Part shown: piece by piece, positions 15,601 to 27,665 of the stretch
How positions within the stretch are numbered: position 1 is the stretch's first letter
Layout: every line of letters begins with the position of its first letter
Assembly: GCF_000002075.1 (NCBI RefSeq)
Contig: NW_004797813.1
Span: 382,628 to 446,627 of the forward strand
DNA: 64,000 nt
Source of the DNA: Aplysia californica
Taxonomy: Eukaryota
Reading direction: 5' to 3'
Notes under the pieces: model-generated
Seen by the model: only the letters and a program-made list of their open reading frames with translations
What the model was told of the DNA's origin: nothing
The model's database searches: none
Program-made: the position numbers and the translations under genes

Positions 15601-16444
15601 ACTGAATAATACAGCACCAGTTTCTTTTTTTAAAGCCTCTGAAAACCAATGAGTACATATATTAATTGTCGTTTGATTCTGCCCAATCTGCAAAAAATAG
15701 AGACTGATTTCTAATTATGATTTAGTTTTGGCGCAAACCAAACAATTGTTGTTCAAAATCAATTATTGTATCCTGAACTACATTGGGATGAAGTAGAAGG
15801 TGATCATAGGACAAATTGGCGAGTGGAAATAATTTGCGAAGAAAGTAAAATCATATAATTATAATTATGTATACAATTACAATGTAACTGTCTCTCTTTT
15901 CTTTTTGCAGTAAAAGCAAATTCAGTCTTGTTAGAGCAAAAATGAGAGATCAAGTTTGACAGAAGTGAGAACTTGATCATCCATCTTCCAAACCTGATCT
16001 GATCCTCTTGACCACATACTTTATTAAGAATAGAATTCTTTAAAAGTTTATGACTGAAAATTCAATTTCAAGGTCTATAATCCTTTATCGTGGTGAATAA
16101 TAGGACATATTCTCCCTTCATATTACTTTATTTACCATACTTAACACTGACTCTGTCTTTGACAAATAAGGCTACACAGTCCTAAAAATTCCTTCCCAAA
16201 AGAAATTATAGAAATGCAAGCATAAAAAAAAATAATTACCGGTAGATTTATCATAACATCACAGAGAGAGTTTTTTAAGTTTAAGAAAAGTCTAAAGATT
16301 CATTTTTATTCAACACTGTCCACTGCCAGTAAATTTTATATGATGAGAATTGTGAGGGTCTAGGAGTTGAGTATGTATGATAAATGAGTGTGTGTGTGTG
16401 TGTTCGTGTGAATGTTGAGTGTGTGTGAGTGAGTGAGTGAGTGA

Positions 16445-16498
<54 letters not shown>

Positions 16499-18020
16499 AT
16501 GTGAAAAATGTGTTGAACTGTTCTTTTAGTTTTGAATGGTCTCACTATGTGCATTTCCTGTCCTCTGATTCATTAGTTACTTTATGTTGAGTGATGATTC
16601 AGCACTGCACAGCGCTTAGAGCCTTCTAGGAATTAGGCGATGTAAATTCCCATTAGGGCCTACTACTTTATAATTATATTTTATCATCTTTATTAGTTCT
16701 ATAAAATTATTATTTATCTGCAGAGGGCTGGACACCAACAGATATGACTTTTCAAATTTTAAAAAATGAAGCGAAATGGTGCTGCAAGTGAGAAGAGTTC
16801 TGATTAAATAAGGAAGTGCCTATTTGCAACGCCGCGTTGCGATTAGCGCCAGTGCTAAATAAAACACCGCGTTGCGATTAGCGCCAGTGCTAAATAAAAC
16901 GCTGTGTCGCCGTGTGTAAAATATCAAGCTTAATCTGCACATTGTTATTGGAAGTTCTGATGACCAAAGTGACAGCGCGTCTGCGCTTGAAGTCAAATCA
17001 TTATTTTTTTCAGTGTGGGTTCGATCCCGGTCCTGGACGGTTTTTTTCCCCTTGTTTTTTTGTTTGTTGTTGTTGTCCTCTTCTCGAATGACCAACAAAT
17101 TGTTCCCATAATTATATCTTGTTGCTTTGCATGTTTTTTTATGTAGTGATGAAGCATGTATACATTCTGGTTTTGTCCCCAAGAGGAGCTCTGTACAAAG
17201 TAGCCCTTGTATAGCCTATACTTTTCCTTTTACCAATTTAGGCCTGGTTAAAGTTCAGTAGTGGCTTTCCTTGGTCTGTGAGTCTTTTAAAAAAAAATTT
17301 TAGGCTCAGGAGAAGGGAAAAAAACCCAACCTTTTGGGACGGGGATTCGATGCCACGCTTGGAAGCATTGAACATTAGACTTAGAGAACGTAGACAGTAG
17401 ACAGCTTGTATACGTTCTCTAGGCCTAACTTAAAGTTCGAGTTGCACCGTCTTGTTATTGTTATCCAAGCGTCTTTCGACTTAAACTTGCTCAAACTCAA
17501 ATGATAATGATTATGAGAGATGAACAGGACGTCTACTTTTGTGCAAACACTGTCAGAAACAATTGTAAGATCTAATCTACTAGATCTAGATTTTTCTAGA
17601 TCTAGATATATACTCAATATTGATCGGAATTTATATAAAAGACAACGTCATAAAAAAAGGAGTCAAATCCTAGGAGGTTTATCAAAAAACTGAGAAAGCT
17701 TCCACAATTCAGGCAGAACTACAATATTAATAATTAATAATTATCATGTAGAAACGATGGCTACTAGATCTAGATCTAGATCTACATCTAGATCTAGATT
17801 CTAGATCTAGTACCGGCGTTTCAAATATAGATATATCTAGAATCTAGATTCTAAGTCATAAAAACAACTTGGAATAATTTTCACCTGATTCCTGCATGGC
17901 TTTGTTCTGCGCACTTTCAAGAACTTCTAAAAACGTCGTTGTAATTATAAACCATAATGCTGAGAAGAGTATCACAGCATTTCTCCTTGTTGATGAATTT
18001 AATAAGTAAAAGGTGATCAT
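609..18020 (-). CDS. EEP (endonuclease/exonuclease/phosphatase) domain protein with N-terminal signal/anchor; 6 coding exons in window (18020-17885, 15387-15299, 12525-12448, 11011-10427, 3380-3258, 727-609); continues beyond the left edge
   Basis: All exons have AG/GT boundaries with matching phases (1,0,0,0,0,2) and join into about 376 codons: [33 protein letters not shown]...KVMTYNIWN...[17 protein letters not shown]...[13 protein letters not shown]. The x[12 protein letters not shown] and [10 protein letters not shown] motifs are characteristic of the EEP superfamily. The 12448 donor (GTTTGT) is the weakest boundary. Confidence 0.85.
950..1290. mobile_element. Non-autonomous piggyBac-type MITE
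   Basis: TTAA on both sides (946-949, 1291-1294); termini CTCCTTCGTGA and TCACAAAGGAG are 10/11 inverted complements; no coding capacity. Confidence 0.6.
1810..3000 (-). mobile_element. 5'-truncated RTE-clade LINE (RT plus C-terminus), defective
   Basis: [60 protein letters not shown]; (TGA)n-like tail near 1810-1822; in-frame stop near 2820 and frameshifts. Confidence 0.9.
3519..4940. mobile_element. Non-autonomous DNA transposon with about 140-bp TIRs, carrying internal insertions
   Basis: TATAGTCCGGACAACACCAAATGGACAACTTG at 3519 is the reverse complement of the sequence ending at 4940; weaker inverted similarity extends to about 3660 and 4795. Inside is a LINE/SINE-like 3' tail ending in (TTA)n near 4320-4390. 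Confidence 0.75.
6355..8893 (-). mobile_element. 5'-truncated Ingi/I-group LINE with RT and RNase H, defective
   Basis: RT motifs ([46 protein letters not shown]); RNase H motifs ([26 protein letters not shown]); Cys/His C-terminus; (CAA)n tail; 12-bp target-site duplication CATCTTCTGATG at 6343-6354 and 8894-8905. Confidence 0.92.
8976..9222 (-). mobile_element. RTE LINE 3' fragment
   Basis: Minus strand reads [33 protein letters not shown], typical of the RTE C-terminus; (TGA)n tail near 8976-8987. Confidence 0.75.
11140..11595 (-). mobile_element. Decayed 3' fragment of a second RNase-H-type LINE family
   Basis: Minus-strand fragments NETAD..., [11 protein letters not shown]...LKYHLY, YPC...[18 protein letters not shown] parallel the C-terminus of the 6355-8893 element; several stops. 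Confidence 0.65.
16387..16500. repeat. (TG)n/(GAGT)n microsatellite
   Basis: Directly visible. Confidence 0.95.
16832..16900. repeat. 35-bp tandem duplication
   Basis: CCGCGTTGCGATTAGCGCCAGTGCTAAATAAAAC at 16832 and 16867. Confidence 0.9.
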
Positions 18021-18940
18021 CTAGATTCTAGATCTAGATCTAGATCTATAACTTCTGAGAAGACGACGAAGACAGACGTTTTTGTTTCAACAGCAGAGAG
18101 AACCGTAGATCTAGAACATCTAACTGACTTGACTCCGCTGTCATGAAATTTATGATCATGACCTGACACGATGCCGATTTTGAAGTGAGATGTCAATCAA
18201 TGAAGAAATCGATGGCAGATAAAACCGAAAAGTACTTTAGACTTCAGTAGATTTTATTAGAAACAGGACTACAGTCTAGATTTAGATCTATAAATCTATA
18301 TCTAGAAATCTAGATCTAGAGACTAGATCTAGATCTAGATCTAGATCTAGATATCTAGCTGGAGTCGGAGAGAGTAAAACAACTCATTCCTCTCCAACCA
18401 GCTGTTACTCAGAGACAAGCTTTAACTAATCTACTCATGAACTTGACAAGCCCCAAGCCTATTACAAATCTGGGATTCTTAGATCTAGAGATCTAGATTT
18501 CTAGTCTAGATCTAGATCTATCTTAAAGATTCCTGAAGAAGTCGAAGAGATGCTTCTTTCTTGTCACCAAACAAAACAAAACGGCTCCTCATCGTATTTT
18601 ACACTGTTCGACTGTGGTATAGCCAAATTTATTCAAAATTTCGTTATCTTTGAGTCTCGAAGAATAACTATTTCTTTCTTTCTTTCTTTGCTCTAGGTCT
18701 AAAAACATACATTTTAATATTATGTCTTTTCGTCTCATGCTGGTTTAACTATTGTTTTATTTTGTTTTCCTCTCACTTCTGAATTATTATCTATGCTCAC
18801 CCTTACGATATTGGTTTACACATCAAACATTATTTTGCGCTTAAATAGCCAAAATCATATAAAAAAGAAGCGATGGAAGCCCCAGCAAACACCGCTTCCA
18901 CATTCAAAATTTAGGCTAGATCTAGATCTAGATCTAGACC
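17565..18940. repeat. Clusters of self-complementary (AGATCT/TCTAGA)n hexamer repeats around the first coding exon of the EEP gene
   Basis: Runs near 17565-17612, 17762-17855, 18020-18050, 18275-18360, 18478-18522 and 18915-18940. Confidence 0.9.
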
Positions 18941-19303
18941 TATAATATATTATATATAAAGTTTTATTTACTTAGTGGGTTTTATTATAAACTTAAGATT
19001 ATAATTGCTTCAAGTAATGCCAAATTGTATACATTATACTGCGACAAAAATTTCCCCTAAAGTCGAAGTTGTTTAATCTCAATAAGAATTTCTGCCCCCC
19101 CCTCCCCTCCCCAGATCTTTATCTCCTCNNNNNNNNNNNNNNNNNNNNNNNNNNNNNNNNNNNNNNNNNNNNNNNNNNNNNNNNNNNNNNNNNNNNNNNN
19201 NNNNNNNNNNNNNNNNNNNNNNNNNNNNNNNNNNNNNNNNNNNNNNNNNNNNNNNNNNNNNNNNNNNNNNNNNNNNNNNNNNNNNNNNNNNNNNNNNNNN
19301 NNN

Positions 19304-22300
19304 NTATCCATTCGTTGAGGGCTGTAAGGGTTGAGGGTGAAACCCCAGACGCTATCTGGCAAGCCAGCCTCAACCAACTCAACTCCCCGTCCTTGTCGAG
19401 CAGCCTGGGGACCCATGCTCTGTGCTTAGGAGTAGGGGTTGCAAATGGAGCTCTGGCTAGGAGGTACCATATAGCCCTGTGAGGTGCGAAGTGAGCAACG
19501 ATCCTTCGGCTCGTAGAAGGGTCCGTACCTAGACGGTCAGAGGAACGGTTAGTATAATAACGTACAGGTCCGTATACATCCACCATTATGGTAGGTCTGG
19601 CGTCACAGCATGCCAACCTGTTCATTCAGGAACTCACTGTCGACATCTTCTTCCCTCCCTCTCATGGGAGCTCTACAGACGGGGCATGGTACCCACAGTC
19701 TGCCAGATGACTCATTGTGAGATGTCTCCGCGGAACCAGAAGGCCTGTAGCTGTAAGGAATAGCCTGCCTGGAAACAGATGATGTCCCTACAGATATCCT
19801 GGCAAATGCTCGCTGACCTATGACGTGACGATCCTCTGTCTGAGTAGATTTGGCCATCCCTCGAATTATTCTGCCCCATGAACGGAAATCTTATTAGCAG
19901 ATAGCCAGGAGACAGCAGGTGGCGGGGATTGGGCAAACGCAAGCTACGCTTGGTGATGTAGACGACTCACAGTGGAAGGAACGCGTTACCCCTTACTCAA
20001 TGGGACCCCTTACTGGACTGCTCAGATGATCACTTGTCATTGGTTGCACTCTGTGGCTCCCATCTCTCAGAACTAGAGTGTGCCTACACCCCCTATGGTT
20101 GTCTACTGTCTAAGAAATCCTTCTGAAGGTTGATGGAAAACAGGACAGTGAACATTGCACCTTTGTTCTCTTGTGGCAAGATGTTTGGGCACAAGCCAGT
20201 GTCAGGACAAGACTACCACCTACCAGAGATCCCACAGGGATACATATAAGCCTTCACAACCCCCAAACAAACAAAAAAATGCCTCTACAACAATTGAAAC
20301 TATACGAGCTCGGGTGTCACCTCGGTTATAAAGGTCCGCGCTCTCTGCCTTCACCCGGGGGCGGGAGTGACAAGTCAGCTACTGGGACCCACACTGCAGG
20401 TATAGGGGCCACAAGCAACACACAGACACTACAGACTCCCCAACCCACAGACACACAGACACTGAATATACTCCAACTGAACATCTCATCAATACAGAAC
20501 AAGAAAATGGAGCTTGCAAAGACACTGTCAGACTTAAGAATTCATGTAGCCTTGCTACAGGAAACCCAACTACCCAAGCGGATAGAGCTCCATTTGACGG
20601 GCTACACAATGTACCACTGCAAGTGCACCAAATGTCAAGGTATCGCCACCCTCTTTCGGAATGACATCACCGCTGAGGTTTCTTACCCAGAAACCAATGA
20701 CGAGACTGACATGCAGTCGGATGAAACAACCTACACCTTCTACAATGTATACTGCCCACCGAGATCTACTCTCCAGCTCAACTTCCCGAATACAGACCAC
20801 AAACATACTATTGTTGCGGGAGATTTCAATGGACACTCTCCACAGTGGGGTTACAGTGATACAGACTCGACAGGAACAGTTCTAGAAGAACTACTGAGAT
20901 CAAGCAACCTCATTCCTCTTCAGAATTACAAGACACCTCCCANNNNNNNNNNNNNNNNNNNNNNNNNNNNNNNNNNNNNNNNNNNNNNNNNNNNNNNNNN
21001 NNNNNNNNNNNNNNNNNNNNNNNNNNNNNNNNNNNNNNNNNNNNNNNNNNNNNNNNNNNNNNNNNNNNNNNNNNNNNNNNNNNNNNNNNNNNNNNNNNNN
21101 NNNNNNNNNNNNNNNNNNNNNNNNNNNNNNNNNNNNNNNNNNNNNNNNNNNNNNNNNNNNNNNNNNNNNNNNNNNNNNNNNNNNNNNNNNNNNNNNNNNN
21201 NNNNNNNNNNNNNNNNNNNNNNNNNNNNNNNNNNNNNNNNNNNNNNNNNNNNNNNNNNNNNNNNNNNNNNNNNNNNNNNNNNNNNNNNNNNNNNNNNNNN
21301 NNNNNNNNNNNNNNNNNNNNNNNNNNNNNNNNNNNNNNNNNNNNNNNNNNNNNNNNNNNNNNNNNNNNNNNNNNNNNNNNNNNNNNNNNNNNNNNNNNNN
21401 NNNNNNNNNNNNNNNNNNNNNNNNNNNNNNNNNNNNNNNNNNNNNNNNNNNNNNNNNNNNNNNNNNNNNNNNNNNNNNNNNNNNNNNNNNNNNNNNNNNN
21501 NNNNNNNNNNNNNNNNNNNNNNNNNNNNNNNNNNNNNNNNNNNNNNNNNNNNNNNNNNNNNNNNNNNNNNNNNNNNNNNNNNNNNNNNNNNNNNNNNNNN
21601 NNNNNNNNNNNNNNNNNNNNNNNNNNNNNNNNNNNNNNNNNNNNNNNNNNNNNNNNNNNNNNNNNNNNNNNNNNNNNNNNNNNNNNNNNNNNNNNNNNNN
21701 NNNNNNNNNNNNNNNNNNNNNNNNNNNNNNNNNNNNNNNNNNNNNNNNNNNNNNNNNNNNNNNNNNNNNNNNNNNNNNNNNNNNNNNNNNNNNNNNNNNN
21801 NNNNNNNNNNNNNNNNNNNNNNNNNNNNNNNNNNNNNNNNNNNNNNNNNNNNNNNNNNNNNNNNNNNNNNNNNNNNNNNNNNNNNNNNNNNNNNNNNNNN
21901 NNNNNNNNNNNGACTTAGACAAATTTCTCCCTGCGAGATGAATAAAGATTGTCATTGTCAATGTCTTTGTCATATGCTAAGGAAGCGATTCCAAGAGGGA
22001 ACCCTAAGAAGTTCCGCCTTTATTGGGACAAAGAACTGGAACAACTGACCAAGGCCAGAAAGAAAGCCAGACGGCGTGCTGAGAAGAACCCAACAGCCGA
22101 AAACAGAAAGCACTATAACTACCTGACTGCCAAGGTAAAGCTGAAGACCAAAAGTGCGAACAGGCAAACATGTAGAGAACACTGTGGAGAACTAGACCTG
22201 TGTAAGGACGGGAGGAAAGCCTGGAACCTGCTTACCAATCTCACAGGTACAAAAAGAAGGAAAAACCCTGCCTCAATGAAACCAACTGAGAAAGGAGAAA

Positions 22301-23534
22301 CATGCAAAGCTGAGGTTAAGAATAAATATTTTGCTAGTATCAACAAGAAAGGAAACCAGAACAAACTGAGCCACACAATAAAGCAGCTGACCAAAAGGGC
22401 AGAATAGACCCCCAAGGCAAACCTGGAGGTCTTTGAGAAGGAGTTTACTCTGACGGAATTGAAGGCAGCCCTCCCTCAAAAAGTATAAAAAGAGAAAGGC
22501 CCCAGGACCAGATCACATCACCAATGAAATGATCCTCAACCTGACAGACTCTTCCCTCTCCATACCCCTGGACTTCTTCAACAGGACCTGGAATGAGGGA
22601 CAGCTCCCAACAGAATGGAAGAAAGCAAACATAACACCGATACTAAAGAAGGACAAACCAGCAAGCCAGTCTTCAAGCTACAGACCAATCTCTTTAACAT
22701 CATGCCTGGGTGAGGTCGTCGAGAGAATGGTCAACGACAGACTGTACTGGTGGATGGAAAACACCGGAACAATCAGCACATCACAGGCAGGATTCAGGAA
22801 AGGCAAAAGAACTATGGACCACCTCATCAAATTTGCGCAGAAGACCAGCGATGCCTTTCAAGATAAAGACAATGTTGTGGCCGTCTTCATCGACATGAGG
22901 CAGGCGTATGACCGTGTGTGGAGACAGGGACTGTTCTACAAAATGCAAAAGCTTGCGATAGCAGGAAGGATGTACAGCTGGATCAAGAACTTTCTGTCTT
23001 GCAGAACTATCTAGACGTCATGTGACAGCAAGATTTCTTCACAGAGGACACTTGAAGAAGGCCTCCCACAGGGGTCAGCACTCAGCTTTACCCTCTTCCT
23101 GTTGTTCATGAACGACTTGCTAGATGTCATCTCCTGCCAGAAAGCACCCTACGCTGACGATTTACTCATCTGGAACAAAGGAAGTGACATGAGAGCACTG
23201 AACCAAGCTATCAACGCAGACCTGACTACTATCTCGTCCCACTGCCAGCTATGGAAGATGGAGATCAACTTCAGCCTCAAAAACAAAGTTACAGCAAGTC
23301 AGGTAAACCTTCAGATCAATGGAACCACCATCAGACATGAGGACTATCCCAAGTGTACCTTGATTTACAACTGGACCGAAAGCTGTCTCTCAAAGAACAC
23401 TTAGGGGAGCTGACCAAGAAAGTCTCCTCCAGACTAAACCTCCTGAAACACCTCTCATCACTCGACTGGGGAGCTGACAAAGCAACCCTCCAACAACTTT
23501 ATGTAGGGTATGTCAGATCTGTGATTGACTACAC
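19304..23534 (+). mobile_element. Long Ingi/I-group LINE (5' leader, APE endonuclease, RT), defective, with ends in gaps
   Basis: Endonuclease: LNILQLNI, VALLQET, YNVYCPP, VAGDFNGHSPQWGY. RT: KAPGPD, YRPISLTSCLG, QAGFRKG, IDMRQAYDRVW, GLPQGS, YADD. Stops at 22405-22407 and 23012-23014 plus frameshifts. RT motifs closely parallel the 6355-8893 element. Confidence 0.9.
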
Positions 23535-23995
23535 NNNNNNNNNNNNNNNNNNNNNNNNNNNNNNNNNNNNNNNNNNNNNNNNNNNNNNNNNNNNNNNNNN
23601 NNNNNNNNNNNNNNNNNNNNNNNNNNNNNNNNNNNNNNNNNNNNNNNNNNNNNNNNNNNNNNNNNNNNNNNNNNNNNNNNNNNNNNNNNNNNNNNNNNNN
23701 NNNNNNNNNNNNNNNNNNNNNNNNNNNNNNNNNNNNNNNNNNNNNNNNNNNNNNNNNNNNNNNNNNNNNNNNNNNNNNNNNNNNNNNNNNNNNNNNNNNN
23801 NNNNNNNNNNNNNNNNNNNNNNNNNNNNNNNNNNNNNNNNNNNNNNNNNNNNNNNNNNNNNNNNNNNNNNNNNNNNNNNNNNNNNNNNNNNNNNNNNNNN
23901 NNNNNNNNNNNNNNNNNNNNNNNNNNNNNNNNNNNNNNNNNNNNNNNNNNNNNNNNNNNNNNNNNNNNNNNNNNNNNNNNNNNNNNNNNNNNNNN

Positions 23996-24038
<43 letters not shown>

Positions 24039-26329
24039 TGCATGTGTGTTACGCGTGCTTATTGTTGAATGATTGTATTGTATTTTTAAAGAACTTTCAC
24101 CCCATTCATTATAATAACTAATTTGTGCTTCATCATTCAACACAAAGCCTTGCGTTGCAGGAGTGCGCAAAAAAAACAAACACCGTTCAAACACTGTCAC
24201 CATGATAAGGACTTTCTGCCCGCTCTCTTTGGGAACAACTCTCTTTGTATTTTGAACTTCAGACTTGTTACTAAATTTCTAAATTTCGTGGACGTCTGGA
24301 CTTTGTGCTCCAACTGTCGGAGGTACGACAGCTTTACGAATGACCAGAAAGAATAATTATGGTGTTTTGCATTGTTTATCCATTGGTTTGTCATGAACGT
24401 ATTGTCGAGTCTGAAGGGACGACCTGTAACCATGAAATGATATGTTGGAACCTGATGCTTGAAACGCCTGGTATGGGTAACTGACCTAGTTAGGTTCATG
24501 CTCGTGCCTGTTTTCGTACCAGAAATTAGGTAGTCCCAATTCCAATACTGGTTGCGATAAACGTTTGGGTTAGAAAGGTAACGATCTCCCGAAAGTTTCT
24601 TTTTTTTTTTGGGGGGGGGGGGGTATAACTTGGTTAAGTTAGACAGAAGGTAATTCAAACCATCAATATAGACGTAACTATAGGTGGTTCGGGCGTCTGG
24701 TGTGGTTTGCTCTTTCTTTCCTGTCAGACATCTGTTTTCGTTATCTCTCCTTCTTTATTGTGTTTGTTACTGTCTTGTAACACCTCTAATCTGCGGCACT
24801 TATATGACCTACTTGCGCTGTAAGTGCCCTGAAACTCTTATCAAAACCAAAGAGGCGTGATGATCAATGTCTGGTCTCTCTGAAAGGGAGCATGGGGCGC
24901 TGTATAAGTCCCACGAAGATTCTGAATTGCAAACAGGAGTATACTTTTTTGCAAGTTGTCCCTAAATAACAAAGAGGTCTGCAAATGTATTAGATGTCGC
25001 TTAAAGGACACAGNNNNNNNNNNNNNNNNNNNNNNNNNNNNNNNNNNNNNNNNNNNNNNNNNNNNNNNNNNNNNNNNNNNNNNNNNNNNNNNNNNNNNNN
25101 NNNNNNNNNNNNNNNNNNNNNNNNNNNNNNNNNNNNNNNNNNNNNNNNNNNNNNNNNNNNNNNNNNNNNNNNNNNNNNNNNNNNNNNNNNNNNNNNNNAA
25201 CAAAACCATGACTAGATGTCAAAGGATGGGGCAAATGCCCCAGAAAAGTAGTCTACTGAGCGGAGCCAAAATGACCCCCCCCCCCCCCAATATACACACC
25301 CCAGGAAGGGCGACAAAATAACAACTTGCGTGTATTTTTATGAACGTAAAACAATCTGAGTACTTCATGATAACTGGAATTGGAACGTCTCCCCACTCCC
25401 CTACCCTCGAGAAAGTAGAAGCACTTGACATAAGTCCAGACATAATTTGTGAATGTAACCTACTTATTCAGACCATAATTAAAACGTTCTTGTTAGAAAT
25501 GCCTAAGAAGAAGGTGACGAAAACAATGACTTTATTGGGTGTTGGAATTATAATTATACTACCGGTAGTTTACATTTGTACACAACTTACTGTGGCCGCA
25601 ATGTTATCATCGAATGAATGTGTCCCTACTTATTAAACCCTCTTATCCTTGACCACACAGCAATTAAAAATTTTATACAACGGGAGTCAAAGATTGTAAC
25701 ACACAAGTCTCAGCGACTCCAAATTGTACAAATAATTTTTAAAGTAGGCCTACGTGTGCTATTCCATCCCCCTAAGATTGTATGTGTTCCAAGTTAGAAG
25801 GAAATGGCATCGTTATACATGTATTGTGAGGACTTATTAAAATGGGACGCCTAATAAAGCTGTTCGGCAATTTTCATGTCGATTATAATTAATAATTGGG
25901 AAGGTATTTAATTAGGAGTCGAAACACACTGTCCCAGACAGAAATACAGACACATAAAGGTTAAAACTGGTCTGGCCAGAGGCGTCCCTCCAACAAACCA
26001 ACAAATAAACAAACATACCAACAAACAACATGTTTTGCTCTATTTAACGAGATCAATCGATTCTCTGATCTGTCGAAGGCATAGGCTAAGCTGTGCCGTG
26101 CAGTATGTCCTTGTCTGAGCAGAGAACACTCTACAAAAAAGTCGTTTACGACAGAATCGGTCCAGCTGAACCTGCCTTGTCTTGGAAGAGCGCGCAGAGT
26201 GCTGGTTATGAAAACACTGGCCATTAGAAATGCCTGTAGGCCTATTCGATTTATGAAACGCTGCTTCTGTTTGCTGCAACTAGTGCTGCTGCAGCTGTTG
26301 ATGGTGCTGGCGTTGACGACAGTAAATAC

Positions 26330-26404
<75 letters not shown>
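26330..26404. repeat. (ATG)n microsatellite
   Basis: Directly visible. Confidence 0.95.
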
Positions 26405-26684
26405 CAGAAATTAGATCATATGGCCAGTGGATTGATGTCTTGACACTCAAATAAATGTGGAGTATTCCGTAACTAGATCTAATTTTGTTTTCAATTCAGC
26501 ACGCACCTGTCGACACGATTTAGATCGTTAAGGTGGCGGGTTGCATCGACTCTCCCTGACCCTATGAGCTGCGTGTCGGCCAGAAGGCAGAAATAATTTT
26601 AATAGAAGGCCATCTTCACGTCGGGATCAAGCTCACAGCTTTCAGCATACAAAACAAAACGAAGAACATCTTTTTTAAATTTAA

Positions 26685-26910
26685 AGGACAATAAAAATAA
26701 AACCTCAGATTTTATGGTTGACAAAGAAAACTTATATTTACACCACACAAATTCGATGGTAAATGCACAATAATTACGAAGTCCGATTTTTCATTTGATT
26801 TATGATTTCGTATCTCTGCACAAATCTGATTCTCATGCCATCTTGGAAAAAGGAAATGATTTGAACATTTTGCAGACACGTAGCTAAAATCTGAGGGCTT
26901 TTCATTTGTT
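26685..26910. mobile_element. Possible decayed MITE
   Basis: AAACCTCAGATTTTA (near 26700) and TAAAATCTGAGGG (near 26885) are imperfect inverted repeats; TTAAAGG at the left end. Confidence 0.35.
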
Positions 26911-27434
26911 AGGGCCTCAGAATAGGACAGTTACACGACATATTATGACCACAAAAGGGAATTAACAATCTTTTTTACTATTATGTAACCTTTGATGCAG
27001 GTTTGTTGAATGTGTGCGATCAAAAATCGTGTGGGTTAGTTTCTGGGACGATTCTTTTACTTTCTATCTGAGTATGACATGCAAACCCTGAACTGTGTAC
27101 ATTGGTCTCTAAAATACATTTCCGTGATAAAAGAAGAGGGATCCCGGGTCAAGTTAAGTAGAGGTAAAAACCAAAGCTCAAGACTGTGTCGTCCAGATAC
27201 ATATTTTGGGGGGTCCGAAAATTAGATCTAAATGTTTGGAAAGCGTATAAAAAATTTGAAGGGTGAAAGTTGAGTCATGAACCAGAGGAATGCAACAGGT
27301 AGATCTAGCTTATCAGTGCCGTCTAAAATTGACCGCGTTTCTTATCTCTGTCTGACCTGTTTTCCCCCCCTCCATTTCGCCTTTCATAAACTTATCTTAA
27401 AAGAAGTAAAACTGGAATGATCAACGTTGGGCTG

Positions 27435-27665
27435 TGACCTTACGTGTCCAAAAGTATAAATACGCTGGGTTTTGGCGAATTGCACAATAAAGCCCTTTTC
27501 TCACAGGGAAGAGAAAGAGAAGCAAAACATAGGCCTAAGGGATAAGACAGCGGCGTCTGAACTAGGAGGTGCAGCTACCAAACAGGGACAACTCTGAGCA
27601 GGAACAAAAGGGACTGTAAACGACTGCACGTTTGCAGGCACTGATAGTCCATACTAATATAAACG
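27435..27665 (+). promoter_or_regulatory. Putative TATA promoter and non-coding first exon (about 27485-27665) of the VOC gene
   Basis: TATAAATA at 27455-27462; an ATG-free stretch ends in a consensus donor AAACG|GTGAGT at 27665; a matching acceptor TTTTCTCATAG| at 28804 lies just upstream of the ATG. TGACCT and TACGTG sit immediately 5' of the TATA box. Confidence 0.6.

Noticed and set aside
16832-16900. CRISPR-like 35-bp repeats
   Set aside because: Only two adjacent copies with no spacer, no cas genes, and a eukaryotic intronic context.
19304-20450. 2A ribosome-skipping peptide upstream of the LINE endonuclease
   Set aside because: No D-x-E-x-N-P-G-P found in the plus-strand frames.
20171-22048. 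625-aa ORF as an intact LINE protein
   Set aside because: More than half is an N gap, the sequence after the gap is in another frame, and the downstream RT has stops and frameshifts.
26199-26414. ORFs with poly-Met, poly-His, poly-Ile, poly-Cys or (ER)n (also near 34652, 38199, 41771 and 51178)
   Set aside because: Translations of microsatellites or N gaps; no splice or domain support.
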